A stretch of 64,000 nucleotides of DNA from a virus. The notes beneath the pieces are model-generated. The model did no database searches, had not been told where the DNA came from, and worked only from the letters and a program-made list of their open reading frames with translations. Below, in pieces: positions 9,593-19,062 of this stretch. Every line of letters starts with the position of its first letter. The stretch's first letter is position 1. Location of the stretch: the IMG/VR virus record IMGVR_UViG_3300037258_000514, positions 111,953 to 175,952 of that record, one strand, 5' to 3'. A program made the translations under genes and the position numbers.

Positions 9593-10540
9593 TTAGTCTT
9601 CGAATCTTACAGCGCGCATCGGAGCGTCAACCAAAGCCTTGTCCAATTCAGCTTTGATTTGTTCAAAGCCTGCTTGTACGCCTGCTCTCATTGACTCGTT
9701 AGTCCTTAACATATCAGGAGTAACGTCGTTGATAAGAGCCTTTGCTTGATCAGCAAGTTTGTCTAAGTTCTCATTGCCTGTTAGATTTCTAACTTTGAGA
9801 ACTTTCAGGAAGTCAGTCAGATTATCGAGCATCGAATCTCTGAAAACTTTCTTCTTTCCTTCTTCTGCTGGAGACAACCTTTCAACAAGATGTCCAACAA
9901 GTTCGTTCATTCCCGAGTAGAGGACTTGCTCTGCTACGTTACCCGCCTCTACCCATTTCTGAACCATCTTGTCAGCTTCTCTTGCAGCTACTTCTGCGCT
10001 GATCTCTTTTAGTTTCGCATCAACTGAGAACTGAACATATTGCCAACTAAAGTAAAAGCTAGCTCTATATGCTTCCTTTGTAAGGTAGTCATTGGGATCA
10101 AAAAGATCGCCTAGGGAGGCTTTTGCTTCTTCAAGATCGTGTTCGTAAGCATTAAAACAATTCTCAATCAATGGTAAACGTCCGGCTTGGTGTTGTGTAA
10201 GTTCGTTTTCTGTTTCGTTAAACAGGTCGATGGGCAACATATACATCGCTCTCTTTAACGGGAAGGGAATACAACGTCGAGAAAGGAACTCATCAATCTT
10301 AGCATCAAAGTTAAACAACTTCTTCAGTGCTTGTGAATTGAAGAGATCCTTTGAAACGTGAATGCGTTTCTTGTTCGCGTTCACTTGTATCTCAGAAGAG
10401 CTAACTGTCTTCGATAGGCTAGGCCACCTACGGCTAACCGTAAGGATAACAGCTGAATCCATAATGTTGTTCTTGGGCTTAACTGTTGGGTTAACTTCGT
10501 TGTGTTGCGTTGAGGGCATTTCAATTACTTCTGCTGTCAT
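9593..10540 (-). CDS. DUF3150-like protein ending RAVRFED
   Basis: SKDLF...LGDLFDPNDY...LVGHLVERLSP..EGKKKVFRDS..NL...LRTNESMR pattern; near DUF1257/DUF2997/AAA genes. Confidence 0.7.
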   Translation of the reverse strand: MTAEVIEMPSTQHNEVNPTVKPKNNIMDSAVILTVSRRWPSLSKTVSSSEIQVNANKKRIHVSKDLFNSQALKKLFNFDAKIDEFLSRRCIPFPLKRAMYMLPIDLFNETENELTQHQAGRLPLIENCFNAYEHDLEEAKASLGDLFDPNDYLTKEAYRASFYFSWQYVQFSVDAKLKEISAEVAAREADKMVQKWVEAGNVAEQVLYSGMNELVGHLVERLSPAEEGKKKVFRDSMLDNLTDFLKVLKVRNLTGNENLDKLADQAKALINDVTPDMLRTNESMRAGVQAGFEQIKAELDKALVDAPMRAVRFED

Positions 10541-10731
10541 TGTTGATTACCTTCCTTTTCACAATTTAGTGATGAGTAATCCGCTGAACCTGTAAGAAAC
10601 TCTATAAAATCGTACACGAGTTCAGGACCAGATTGAGGCTGGCTTTCAGCTTTTGATATTTCAAGTAAATAAGCGGCCATATTTTTCGAGCAGAAATGCT
10701 CAAGTATAAATTGTTGTTGTATTTGTTTCAT
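10537..10731 (-). CDS. hypothetical protein
   Basis: ORF coupled to downstream gene. Confidence 0.55.
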   Translation of the reverse strand: MKQIQQQFILEHFCSKNMAAYLLEISKAESQPQSGPELVYDFIEFLTGSADYSSLNCEKEGNQQ

Positions 10732-10797
10732 TCTTCCCCTTTTAGATTAAGTAAGGACTACTCCCTACGGCGGAAGCCGTATTCTTTTTGTACAAGA

Positions 10798-11064
10798 CTA
10801 ACAAGTACAGCTCTTACTTTGTTTTCCTTCTCTTATTCCAAGTAAATAAGCTAAAGCGAGCATTCGATCTAATTCTAGAAGCTGATGCTCCTGATACGGA
10901 TCCACATGAAGCGCAAGCGTTGTAATAAAATCAGTTGCTGCTACACTATTTACTTCATTTGCCATTCCGCCTTCAATGAGAAGCGCTACTATTTCTGTTC
11001 TATTTACATGTAGACGCTTTTCGCATTCTGCTGCTAATTTAGCAGCCCAGGTTAATTCAAACAT
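10798..11064 (-). CDS. hypothetical protein
   Basis: ORF in operon. Confidence 0.6.
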   Translation of the reverse strand: MFELTWAAKLAAECEKRLHVNRTEIVALLIEGGMANEVNSVAATDFITTLALHVDPYQEHQLLELDRMLALAYLLGIREGKQSKSCTC

Positions 11065-11461
11065 ATTTCACCACGATGTATCGTTTGTTCTTCTTTTCTG
11101 TTTTCACTTCTGCTCCAGCCTCTCTAGCCCAAGCAACAGGGTCACCTGGATACTCAGGACAAAGTTCTGCGCATTGGTCGTAAGTAACGATATTCTTGTT
11201 AGCTTTAGCCAATGAAAAGAAAGCAAAGGCTATTACATCACCCTTGCTTCCTGGTTTTAGTTTGCTTTGACTTTTCTTATTTTCTTCTTTAGCTGCTGTT
11301 GTTACAGTTTTGTTATACGCTCTAGCTAACGCGTGTCCTGTAACCTCATCAAGCCACTTATCTAAGCCAATTTCACGAATCCGTAGACGATCTTCTTTGT
11401 TCAATCCACTGTAGTCAATGTAACAACGTCCACCAGTTTGTAATGGTAAGGGGTTTGACAT
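11057..11461 (-). CDS. hypothetical protein
   Basis: ORF in operon. Confidence 0.65.
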   Translation of the reverse strand: MSNPLPLQTGGRCYIDYSGLNKEDRLRIREIGLDKWLDEVTGHALARAYNKTVTTAAKEENKKSQSKLKPGSKGDVIAFAFFSLAKANKNIVTYDQCAELCPEYPGDPVAWAREAGAEVKTEKKNKRYIVVKYV

Positions 11462-11462
11462 C

Positions 11463-12149
11463 TTATCCCTCTACGGTAATCAAGCGTTCAGGATTAAAAT
11501 CTACAGCACGCATTTCAGCATGTTGCTGAAGTTTGTTCCTTTCTTCAGCAAGTTGTTGTTTAGCCTCGGCAAGATGTTTTTCTTTCTCTGCCTTTAAACG
11601 GTCCTCGTTTTGCTTCTCGTAAATAGCCTTATTTGCTGCGTATTCGGCTTCCCACTCCGCAGATTGTTTCGCTCGTTTATCCGCCTTTCTTTGTAGACGC
11701 GCAGCAGTTAATACTTCCTGATGAGCCTGCCTTTGCTTCCAAACTTCAGGGTCGTCTGAAGTTGTAAACGCTGTGTAATACGAATCAAAAGGAATGTGTA
11801 TATGAAACCACTTTCCATCGGATGTTATTTTATAATCTCCCTGATTAAATCCGGCAGTTTTTAGTGTTGTAATTGCAGTTGCAGCACGTTGAATATTAAT
11901 ATTCACGCCACCTGATTCGTAATTCATCAGCCAGATTACGTCTCTGTATTGATATTTATGTCCACTCATGTCTGCATTGGCATTGCCGAACGGTTTGCCG
12001 ATTGCTTCAAGCAGGATTCTTATTGCTTTTCCTGCTTCATCGAACGTTAATGTTCGGCAGCTCCCAGAGCGCAATGCTTCTTCCCACGACCTAATTTCTA
12101 GTTCAGGATCAAGCTCTTGCAGTTGTGTTATGTAATCTTTTACTTTCAT
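11463..12149 (-). CDS. hypothetical protein with C-terminal coiled coil
   Basis: 228 aa; ends MRAVDFNPERLITVEG (tag-like). Confidence 0.7.
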   Translation of the reverse strand: MKVKDYITQLQELDPELEIRSWEEALRSGSCRTLTFDEAGKAIRILLEAIGKPFGNANADMSGHKYQYRDVIWLMNYESGGVNINIQRAATAITTLKTAGFNQGDYKITSDGKWFHIHIPFDSYYTAFTTSDDPEVWKQRQAHQEVLTAARLQRKADKRAKQSAEWEAEYAANKAIYEKQNEDRLKAEKEKHLAEAKQQLAEERNKLQQHAEMRAVDFNPERLITVEG

Positions 12150-12204
12150 TGACCATCCTTTCTTGTTTAGCGCATGTTGAAATAGATTGTTTTTGCAAGT
12201 GACA

Positions 12205-12450
12205 TTACTTCCTCTCTCCTAACAGGTCTTGAACTTTGTCACACGGAACTGTTGCTATACTCGTTACATACGACCATCCGTAAGTATAGGAGTTAATAGC
12301 GGCAAAACAAATACCAGTTCTTTGATCTTTGAAGTAGCTAATCGTTTGGCTTGGTTCTATCTTGTCAGGTTTATCGTTGGATTGACACGAAGTTAGAAAT
12401 AGTGCAGCAGTAAGAACCAGTGTTTTAAGCAGGCGACTCTGTGTTTTCAT
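12205..12450 (-). CDS. small lipoprotein
   Basis: MKTQSRLLKTLVLTAALFLTS-C lipobox; YFKDQRTGICFA; AGGAG SD before ATG 12450. Confidence 0.75.
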   Translation of the reverse strand: MKTQSRLLKTLVLTAALFLTSCQSNDKPDKIEPSQTISYFKDQRTGICFAAINSYTYGWSYVTSIATVPCDKVQDLLGERK

Positions 12451-12706
12451 ACTCTCCTTTAGAGAAAAGAACCCTCTCAATATATGAAACCTCTTCAGCT
12501 AAAGCATCAGCACGAAGCTTATGCTTTCCTAGCTTCGTACCATCTATCATTGTTGCTTGCCACATGCCGTCTTCTGTTGGTTCGACATTACTAACACGAC
12601 AAACGCTGGCTTGCCCCTCACGGAGCAAGTCAGCTAATCTGTCGTCGTATATGAAGGCTATACGGCCTTCTTTACTGATTGAGAGTTTGAGTTTCTGGTC
12701 TGGCAT
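12425..12706 (-). CDS. conserved protein of the DUF1257/DUF2997/AAA cluster
   Basis: FIYDD...RVSNVEPTEDGMW...RADALAEEV; ATG 12706 with GGAG SD. Confidence 0.65.
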   Translation of the reverse strand: MPDQKLKLSISKEGRIAFIYDDRLADLLREGQASVCRVSNVEPTEDGMWQATMIDGTKLGKHKLRADALAEEVSYIERVLFSKGEYENTESPA

Positions 12707-12854
12707 ACATCTCCATTGTTGGTTCGTCGCTTGATACTTTGCCGAGTGCTTCTTCAAGATTGCGCGTTAACTCTTTGCAACTACTTCCTGAAACACCATT
12801 AACAAAGATGGAAACTTTACCATCTTTTGGAATTAACACTTTGATTGTTTGCAT
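12672..12854 (-). CDS. DUF2997-family protein
   Basis: IPKDGKVSIFVNGVSGSSCKELTRNLEEALG...PTMEMY. Confidence 0.85.
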   Translation of the reverse strand: MQTIKVLIPKDGKVSIFVNGVSGSSCKELTRNLEEALGKVSSDEPTMEMYARPETQTLNQ

Positions 12855-12856
12855 AG

Positions 12857-13297
12857 TTAGTTCTTTACCGCCTCAAGCTCAATCGTTCCATCCTTGAGCG
12901 TAGTTGTTCGGATTTCGAATCCAAACGGAATGTTCTTCTTCGCAACTTCCAACTGATAGTTTTGGATCAGGTTAGAAGCATTGGAACCTACCTTTGCTTC
13001 CAAACCATATCCTCCACCGAAGAAGTCGTAAAGTAGAGTGTAGCCAGACTTTGCAGTGCGGCTCTTTACAACACCAACTTCGTAAGCGTTTTTGTTTCCA
13101 GGCACACGAAGAGCATGATCACACTTACCAAGATCCTTCTCGCTAAAGCCGGCAGGGACCGGATAATCTCCTACGCTATGTCCCCACCACTTATATGAAT
13201 GTTGATCACGAACAAATTCTAATCCAATATTCTTAGCTGCTTTTTCAAGACAACCTAAATCCTTAATTTCACAATCTATCGTTACAACGTGTGACAT
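12857..13297 (-). CDS. DUF1257 (Ycf35-like) protein
   Basis: MSHVVTIDCEIKDL..LEKA...YEVGV...YTLLYDF...LIQNY...DGTIEL. Confidence 0.85.
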   Translation of the reverse strand: MSHVVTIDCEIKDLGCLEKAAKNIGLEFVRDQHSYKWWGHSVGDYPVPAGFSEKDLGKCDHALRVPGNKNAYEVGVVKSRTAKSGYTLLYDFFGGGYGLEAKVGSNASNLIQNYQLEVAKKNIPFGFEIRTTTLKDGTIELEAVKN

Positions 13298-13937
13298 TTG
13301 TTATATCCTCCATTAGTTTATTTATACCGTTGTTCTTGAACTTACCTGTTAAATCTGTGACTATAATAAATTCGGCGTTATTTTCTGCGCACCATCCCTC
13401 TGCTGCCGCAAATTTTCTTGGATTATCATAACAATCCAAGAAACACTTTGGTTTTACCTCAACAAGAAATTTCTTTGTCCTTATGCTGTAAAGCATAAAA
13501 TCAGGTACGTATTTCTTCTTGTATCCTGATTCAGATATGTAGGCTATTCTAATTGGTTCATATTCAAATCTTTCTACAAAAGGATTTTCTTCCAAGAATC
13601 TAATGTAGTAACGCTCAAAGCTGCTTCTACAATAGAAATTTCCTCCTTTTTCAGTTTGAATATAGCCTCCACAAAACTTACCGCGCTTTGATATAAGATT
13701 CTCTTTTCCTATAGATCTAAGAATCTTCTTTACGGAATGTAAATTAATTCCTGATATACTCCGTAGTTCAGAAGCGTTAAGTAATGAATGCTGTTCGAGT
13801 AATGATACAACTACTCGACGCTTTCCCGCAAAATCCAGTTGTTCTTTGTGCTTCACGTATTTTTGTATTTGCTCATCTGGCGAAGTGCGCCATCGAATTT
13901 TCATTTCTTCCTGACGATCTTTTAAAGATTGAATCAT
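13269..13937 (-). CDS. homing endonuclease-like, TnsA-N PD-(D/E)XK domain
   Basis: RSSFER...YEPIRIAY...YVPDF...LVEVKP...KFAAA. Confidence 0.8.
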   Translation of the reverse strand: MIQSLKDRQEEMKIRWRTSPDEQIQKYVKHKEQLDFAGKRRVVVSLLEQHSLLNASELRSISGINLHSVKKILRSIGKENLISKRGKFCGGYIQTEKGGNFYCRSSFERYYIRFLEENPFVERFEYEPIRIAYISESGYKKKYVPDFMLYSIRTKKFLVEVKPKCFLDCYDNPRKFAAAEGWCAENNAEFIIVTDLTGKFKNNGINKLMEDITNVTRCNDRL

Positions 13938-13988
13938 TAAGTAATAATGGTATCAAAAATCGTAAAAATCGTCAAGCATTTCTTTAAG

Positions 13989-15295
13989 TTACAGTTTTTT
14001 CTTCGCCCCTTTCTTCTTTGTTTTCTTGGTAATATCCTTCACATACACCTTTACAAGTGGGGATGCAAAAGGTCTGTTTCTGTATCCACATTGCGACTTC
14101 AATGTAAATTCATGAAACCACATCTTTACCTTCCCACCCCACTTAATCTTCATGCCGCAGTTATTGCAGCGATGCAAAATCTTATACGTTTTGAGAATTT
14201 TCAACTTTCACTCCTACTGAATGCTTTGTGGTTTGTGCAGTTTAAGGTCTATTCTTTCTCCGTCTATTATCCATAGCGCTTGTTTAATAATTTCTTCTGC
14301 ATCCCAATATTTCTTACGCAGCGTGCCTTCTCTGTTTTTGTAATTAGCTAGAAGATACGACCAAGCATTAATCAGCTTAGTCTTTCCTGGTTCTTCTCTT
14401 TCAGCTAAAGGCGTAGCCCGACTGTAATTAATTTTCAACTATTACTCCTGTTTCCTGTAAGATGTAATAGTCAATTACGTTTGCTACAACTTGCGCGCGC
14501 TCTTTTAGAAGAATTGCATTTTCAAATCTTACCTGATCTTCTTCGCGCCAATCGCCCACGTAGAATAGCCAATCGTCTTGATGACGATCGCTAATCCTGA
14601 GAAGTGCCCGCGCTACTCTAGCATCGCTTCCTTCAAACTTAGCTCTTTCTTCTTCAGGAGAGAGCAATACGCTCCATCCTGCTATACATCCTGCAGTTCC
14701 ACACGATGGTAGATTAAAAGCAAATCCACAATCCATAATTGGTTCACCCGCAAATCCTCTTCTAACATATCCACCCATTATCAAGCGAGCGGGCTCTTCA
14801 AGAATGTGCTTCTTTACCTCAAGTAGTAGCTCGATGTTGAGGTTTGGGTTGGGATAATTAGTTGTACCAACGGCGTTTTCCATCTTTCGGTTCCTCATTC
14901 CTAAATTCTTCTATAGTCGCATCATCTTCTTCAATAATCGAATTACAATCAATGCAACGACGAGGCCCAGTTACATCTGTTTCCTCTTCAACCCATGTTT
15001 TATCGCATTGTATACATGTTAGTCTAACGTATATTGTTTCATATGACATAACTCCTCCAGAAGATGCTCTTTTACTAAGAGCATCTACATGCAAAAGTTA
15101 CTTCCTCACAATATAACCAATGGCTTCGAGCCAAGCGATAAAGCCCGCAATAGACATAAGTGAGAACAAGAACTTTAGCACTATGTTGAATATATCAGTT
15201 GTTTTCCAAATTACAGCCAGAAACAAAAACACTACGGCTGCGCTAAACATATAAAGTTGGTATAGATGTGTCAATTTTTTCTCTCCTTTCCGCAT
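13989..15295 (-). other. run of five small hypothetical genes (13989-14204, 14214-14438, 14428-~14883, 14858-~15049, 15098-15295)
   Basis: Contiguous ORFs with SD motifs; one has CGTAGCIAGW, one a Zn ribbon, one two TM helices. Confidence 0.6.
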
Positions 15296-15489
15296 TCCTC
15301 AAAGAAATGCATCGCACTTATCTGTATTTCACTCATTGCTCACCTTCTCATCGTAAGCAGCCTCAAAAAGCTTCTTAGCTACGTCATAGTGAATATGACG
15401 CAGTGATTGATAGATCAAGTTACAAATCGAACAGGCTTGATTTGCATGATCGTAGACAGGCGCTTCTTCACAGAATCGACACATCATGC

Positions 15490-17049
15490 TCATGCTTCAC
15501 CTACTTTCGTATCAAGATTTACAATTCGTCCTTGATCAGAATCTTGCGTTTGTTTTACGTTACTGAATGTGTAAACACCGCTCTTGCTAGCGGATAGATA
15601 CTTTCGATCTGCCATTCTGCGCAGTTCTTCAATCCTCTTTGGATCAGCCCTTATGACTGGAACGATGTAACATGCTGCTTCCTCAAGCGTAATGCGTAAT
15701 TGCCATGCCAACATGCAGCAATCGTGGATATTTCTTGGGGTCCATCCATCCTCGTTAGACGGTAGTGGGTGGTCCAACTTATATTTAGTTTTCCATACGT
15801 CCCACACTGCCATTCTTTCTTCCCTTGTCGGCAAATCAAAGAAGAACGTTCCGAGATTAAATCTGTCCTTTAATTCTGACGACAAGGCACTCTCATCATT
15901 GCAAGTAGCAATCACAAGTGGCTTGCCTGACGCAACAATTGCAGCAAGAGCGTTCTTCAACTGCTGAGTTGACTGTCCAACAAACTGTCCCTTCAACTCA
16001 GAAATGTTATTGATAATAAGTGGAATCTTATACTCTCCAGCCAGCGCCTTCGAGATATAAGATTTGCTGCATCCCTGAATGCCTGCAAACCTAATCGCAA
16101 GCACTTCATTATCAGCCATCCAAGAAAGAATCTGTCCGTGCATTTCCTGCGATACTCCACTGCTATCACCTTTTGATCCTGCAAAGGCTTTCTCAAGTTC
16201 ATCCCAGAATACAAGAACAGTTGGCGGATCTTGGCCGTTCATTACTTTTGTAAGATATTCCTTAATTACAGGAACACCTCTTACATCGTTGAATGATTCT
16301 TTCCCGCCCCAGATTCTCATTCCAGGGTTTTGTTCAATAGCCGCTTTCTTTCTATCCCATAACCGCTTTGAATCTATGCCTTCTTTGGTAAGTGACATAG
16401 CAACAACTTGTTCCGCCGAGAATGCTGCTAACCCTTTGATTGATCTAACAGCACGCTTAATGTCGTCCTCTTCAGGCTTAACTTTCGCTTCTTTGTAAGT
16501 TGACTTACAAAGCTTCTCAACAATTACTTTTAAATCTTCTTCTGTTGGAAGAGGATCTTCAAGTACAAGCATATCCTGCTTTAGTTCAGCGGGCAGTTGA
16601 ATGCCTGGTGTTAGGATAACCAACGTCTTGCGCGAAGATTTGAACTGATCACGCAAATTCCAAATCGCTTGCCCAACGATCGCCTCTGCAAGATCGTGAC
16701 TACCAATAAATCTGTGACCATTGTGGATGAAGATGATTGTCTTTCGATCCACATGTGCAAACAATTTCATTGCGGCGGCAGGATCAGTAATCTGACTTGG
16801 GAGAATGTTCTCCCTCTGTGTTGCAACGCACAGTTGCTGAACCTGATCTTCGCCAGCTTTATTGACAGCTTTTAATCCCGATGAAATATCAAAGCTGATA
16901 AGTGGGGCACCCTCGTTGGCGGTGCCTTTTTCTTCTGTAATTGCGTTAATTTGCTTAATTACGGAAGCAGGGTCAGGTGTTTGGATACACAGCAGAGGTA
17001 CACCAGCGCGTAAAGCAGCTTTAAAGTCTTGTATCAACTTTGTTTCCAT
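15490..17049 (-). CDS. Ycf46-like AAA+ ATPase with rearranged core
   Basis: Inactive N-terminal AAA-like domain; VLVFWDELEK; GIQGCSKS; VIATCN; RFNLGTFFFDLP. Confidence 0.85.
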   Translation of the reverse strand: METKLIQDFKAALRAGVPLLCIQTPDPASVIKQINAITEEKGTANEGAPLISFDISSGLKAVNKAGEDQVQQLCVATQRENILPSQITDPAAAMKLFAHVDRKTIIFIHNGHRFIGSHDLAEAIVGQAIWNLRDQFKSSRKTLVILTPGIQLPAELKQDMLVLEDPLPTEEDLKVIVEKLCKSTYKEAKVKPEEDDIKRAVRSIKGLAAFSAEQVVAMSLTKEGIDSKRLWDRKKAAIEQNPGMRIWGGKESFNDVRGVPVIKEYLTKVMNGQDPPTVLVFWDELEKAFAGSKGDSSGVSQEMHGQILSWMADNEVLAIRFAGIQGCSKSYISKALAGEYKIPLIINNISELKGQFVGQSTQQLKNALAAIVASGKPLVIATCNDESALSSELKDRFNLGTFFFDLPTREERMAVWDVWKTKYKLDHPLPSNEDGWTPRNIHDCCMLAWQLRITLEEAACYIVPVIRADPKRIEELRRMADRKYLSASKSGVYTFSNVKQTQDSDQGRIVNLDTKVGEA

Positions 17050-17054
17050 TAAAT

Positions 17055-17867
17055 CTATTTCCTTCCTCTCATCGATTTTATTAGTTCATCAACTGTTGTT
17101 ATCTTGCTCTCAAAATCTAAGAAGATTCTTTCAATATCTTTCGTTAAATCTTCTTTTGTTTTTTCCCTGCGCATTTGAAGCGCTTGTTTAAATCCAATTC
17201 GAAATCCTACGAGTAAAAATCCTTTTCGTTGCGATTCTGGTTCAAGAATTTTATGGCAAGCTGTACAGACCGTTATACCATTCATTAAATCATATTGAAG
17301 TTCGGGAAATGCTCGTCGTGGTTTAAGATGATGAGCGTGGCGATCTTTTCCTTTTACTATTTTTTCGCAAATTCTACAAGTATCCTTATCTCTTTTGTAA
17401 ACCGCTTGTCGCCATTCATAATATTGAATGCCTCCTTGCGTATCGAGAGTAGCGCGTGCTCGTTGACTTTTAATTCTTCGTGCAAGAATTTCTTTTGCTT
17501 TTTCTTCTCCGTGAATTTCCTGGAGAGTTTTACCACGAAGTTTATCGCCTAGAATATTACCAGCTTTTACTATGTTCATAAGCATCTCATTTGCGCGTTC
17601 ACCATAAGTCTCAGTTAAAGACTCTCCTTTATTATGCGGCTGCCGTGCTCTTGCTTTTTTGATTAGTTCGGCTGCCCTTTCCTCTCCGTACAGTTCAACA
17701 TACGATTTGCCTACTGTGCGACCTTTTCTCCCTTTTAAAGCCTTTGAAATTTTCTCAGCTATACACAGTTTTTCTGCTTGAGATCGCGTAGATGCTTGGG
17801 CAATTGCAAACAAACGCCTCTCCTCGATCCATATTTTATAGCGCTCTGGATTCAGAGGAGCAGGCAT
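17055..17867 (-). CDS. HNH homing endonuclease with N-terminal DNA-binding repeats
   Basis: WRQAVYKRDKDTCRIC...HAHHLKP...NGITVCTACH. Confidence 0.85.
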   Translation of the reverse strand: MPAPLNPERYKIWIEERRLFAIAQASTRSQAEKLCIAEKISKALKGRKGRTVGKSYVELYGEERAAELIKKARARQPHNKGESLTETYGERANEMLMNIVKAGNILGDKLRGKTLQEIHGEEKAKEILARRIKSQRARATLDTQGGIQYYEWRQAVYKRDKDTCRICEKIVKGKDRHAHHLKPRRAFPELQYDLMNGITVCTACHKILEPESQRKGFLLVGFRIGFKQALQMRREKTKEDLTKDIERIFLDFESKITTVDELIKSMRGRK

Positions 17868-17870
17868 TAA

Positions 17871-18554
17871 TTATTTTCCTTCCCTTCTTTCTTTTAGATA
17901 ATCTTCTAACTCATCGGGTAATCCATCAGCATCTATATGCTCCATATACGATGTAGGAACATAGTGACGCCACGCTCCGCTTCGGCTAACAACTAACGTG
18001 TCCTCGCCATTATTAGGATCTTTGTAACCAGATTCGTCGTCTGTTCCGAGAAGCTCCCATCCATACGCTGTTAGCAATGTGTGTGCTTCATCGTTTATCG
18101 GTCCTTGCGTTAGCATTACCTTCCTTTCTGTTTACACCATCTACGATTGAGTTCTTTTCATGCATGCGGATAAACTCTTTCATTGCTTCGATTACATCCA
18201 TGCGATCCGCATTACCTGTGTAAAACATGTTCTTTCCATGAAATTGAAATAGCAAAAGAGAGAAACCATACCCCTTTGGCAAACGCTCTCGAATAGCCCG
18301 ACCTACTAACTCTAAGGCTTTTTCTGCTTGTGTATCTCTTACTTGATAATCGGATGTCATTAACTCTCCAATGCTGCCGCGATCCCCATCCATGCCAGGC
18401 ATGCAGGGAAAATTGCGGCAGTTCCAACTGCAATCATCAATAGAACAGTAAAAAATTTCTGCACAAATGATGTTGGTTTACAGAGCTCCCAAACAAGTAC
18501 TGGAGGAGTTGCTGTAATAATGATTGCAACAACTGTTGCAATTAGGAATCCCAT
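17871..18554 (-). other. three small hypothetical genes (17871-18116, 18088-~18360, 18360-18554; the last has two TM helices)
   Basis: Coupled ORFs. Confidence 0.6.
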
Positions 18555-18557
18555 AAG

Positions 18558-18875
18558 TTATATTCCTTTCAAGGTCCGAATAAATATATCTAACTTTTGA
18601 AGATCTTCTTCGCTAGTCCATATTGGAAGTGCGCTACGAAGCCCTTGCGCAACCATATTAGCCGTTCCCTTACTCAATCTAAGATTGTTGTGGAATGCTA
18701 CAATTCCATTTGCTCCTTTTCGGAGCATCTCTGTATTACGAATGGGACCAGCAGCTCTTCCAAATTCTTTCCAATTGGCGGGCGTAGGGTCAACAGGTAG
18801 AATACAAATGTTCTCAGCGACGTAACGTGATTGAAGGTCCGCTCCAGGAGCTTCACCCTCAATCACTGTAAACAC
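18558..18875 (-). CDS. DUF2493/YspA-like SLOG-family protein, apparently N-terminally truncated
   Basis: IEGEAPGAD...ANWKEFGRAAGPIRNTEML...AFH...SKGTANMV. Confidence 0.75.
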   Translation of the reverse strand: MFTVIEGEAPGADLQSRYVAENICILPVDPTPANWKEFGRAAGPIRNTEMLRKGANGIVAFHNNLRLSKGTANMVAQGLRSALPIWTSEEDLQKLDIFIRTLKGI

Positions 18876-19062
18876 ACCAAGTTCCTGTTTTACGTTGCTC
18901 GTAAACTTTTGTTACTTTCCACTCCCCATCATCACCATCAAACTTAACGATGAGTCCTTCTTTTAATTTCCACCGAGCGTCTACCCAAACAACTTTGCTT
19001 ACTTCGATTAAAGCATCTGTAAGAAGCTGACGACGTTTAACTTCGATTTGAATCATTTCCAT
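18859..19062 (-). CDS. hypothetical protein
   Basis: Coupled ORF. Confidence 0.55.
   Translation of the reverse strand: MEMIQIEVKRRQLLTDALIEVSKVVWVDARWKLKEGLIVKFDGDDGEWKVTKVYEQRKTGTWCVYSD

Noticed and set aside
4460-13937. TnsA-like genes as evidence of a Tn7 element
   Set aside because: No tnsB/C/D or ends; NUMOD-type fusion indicates free-standing homing endonucleases
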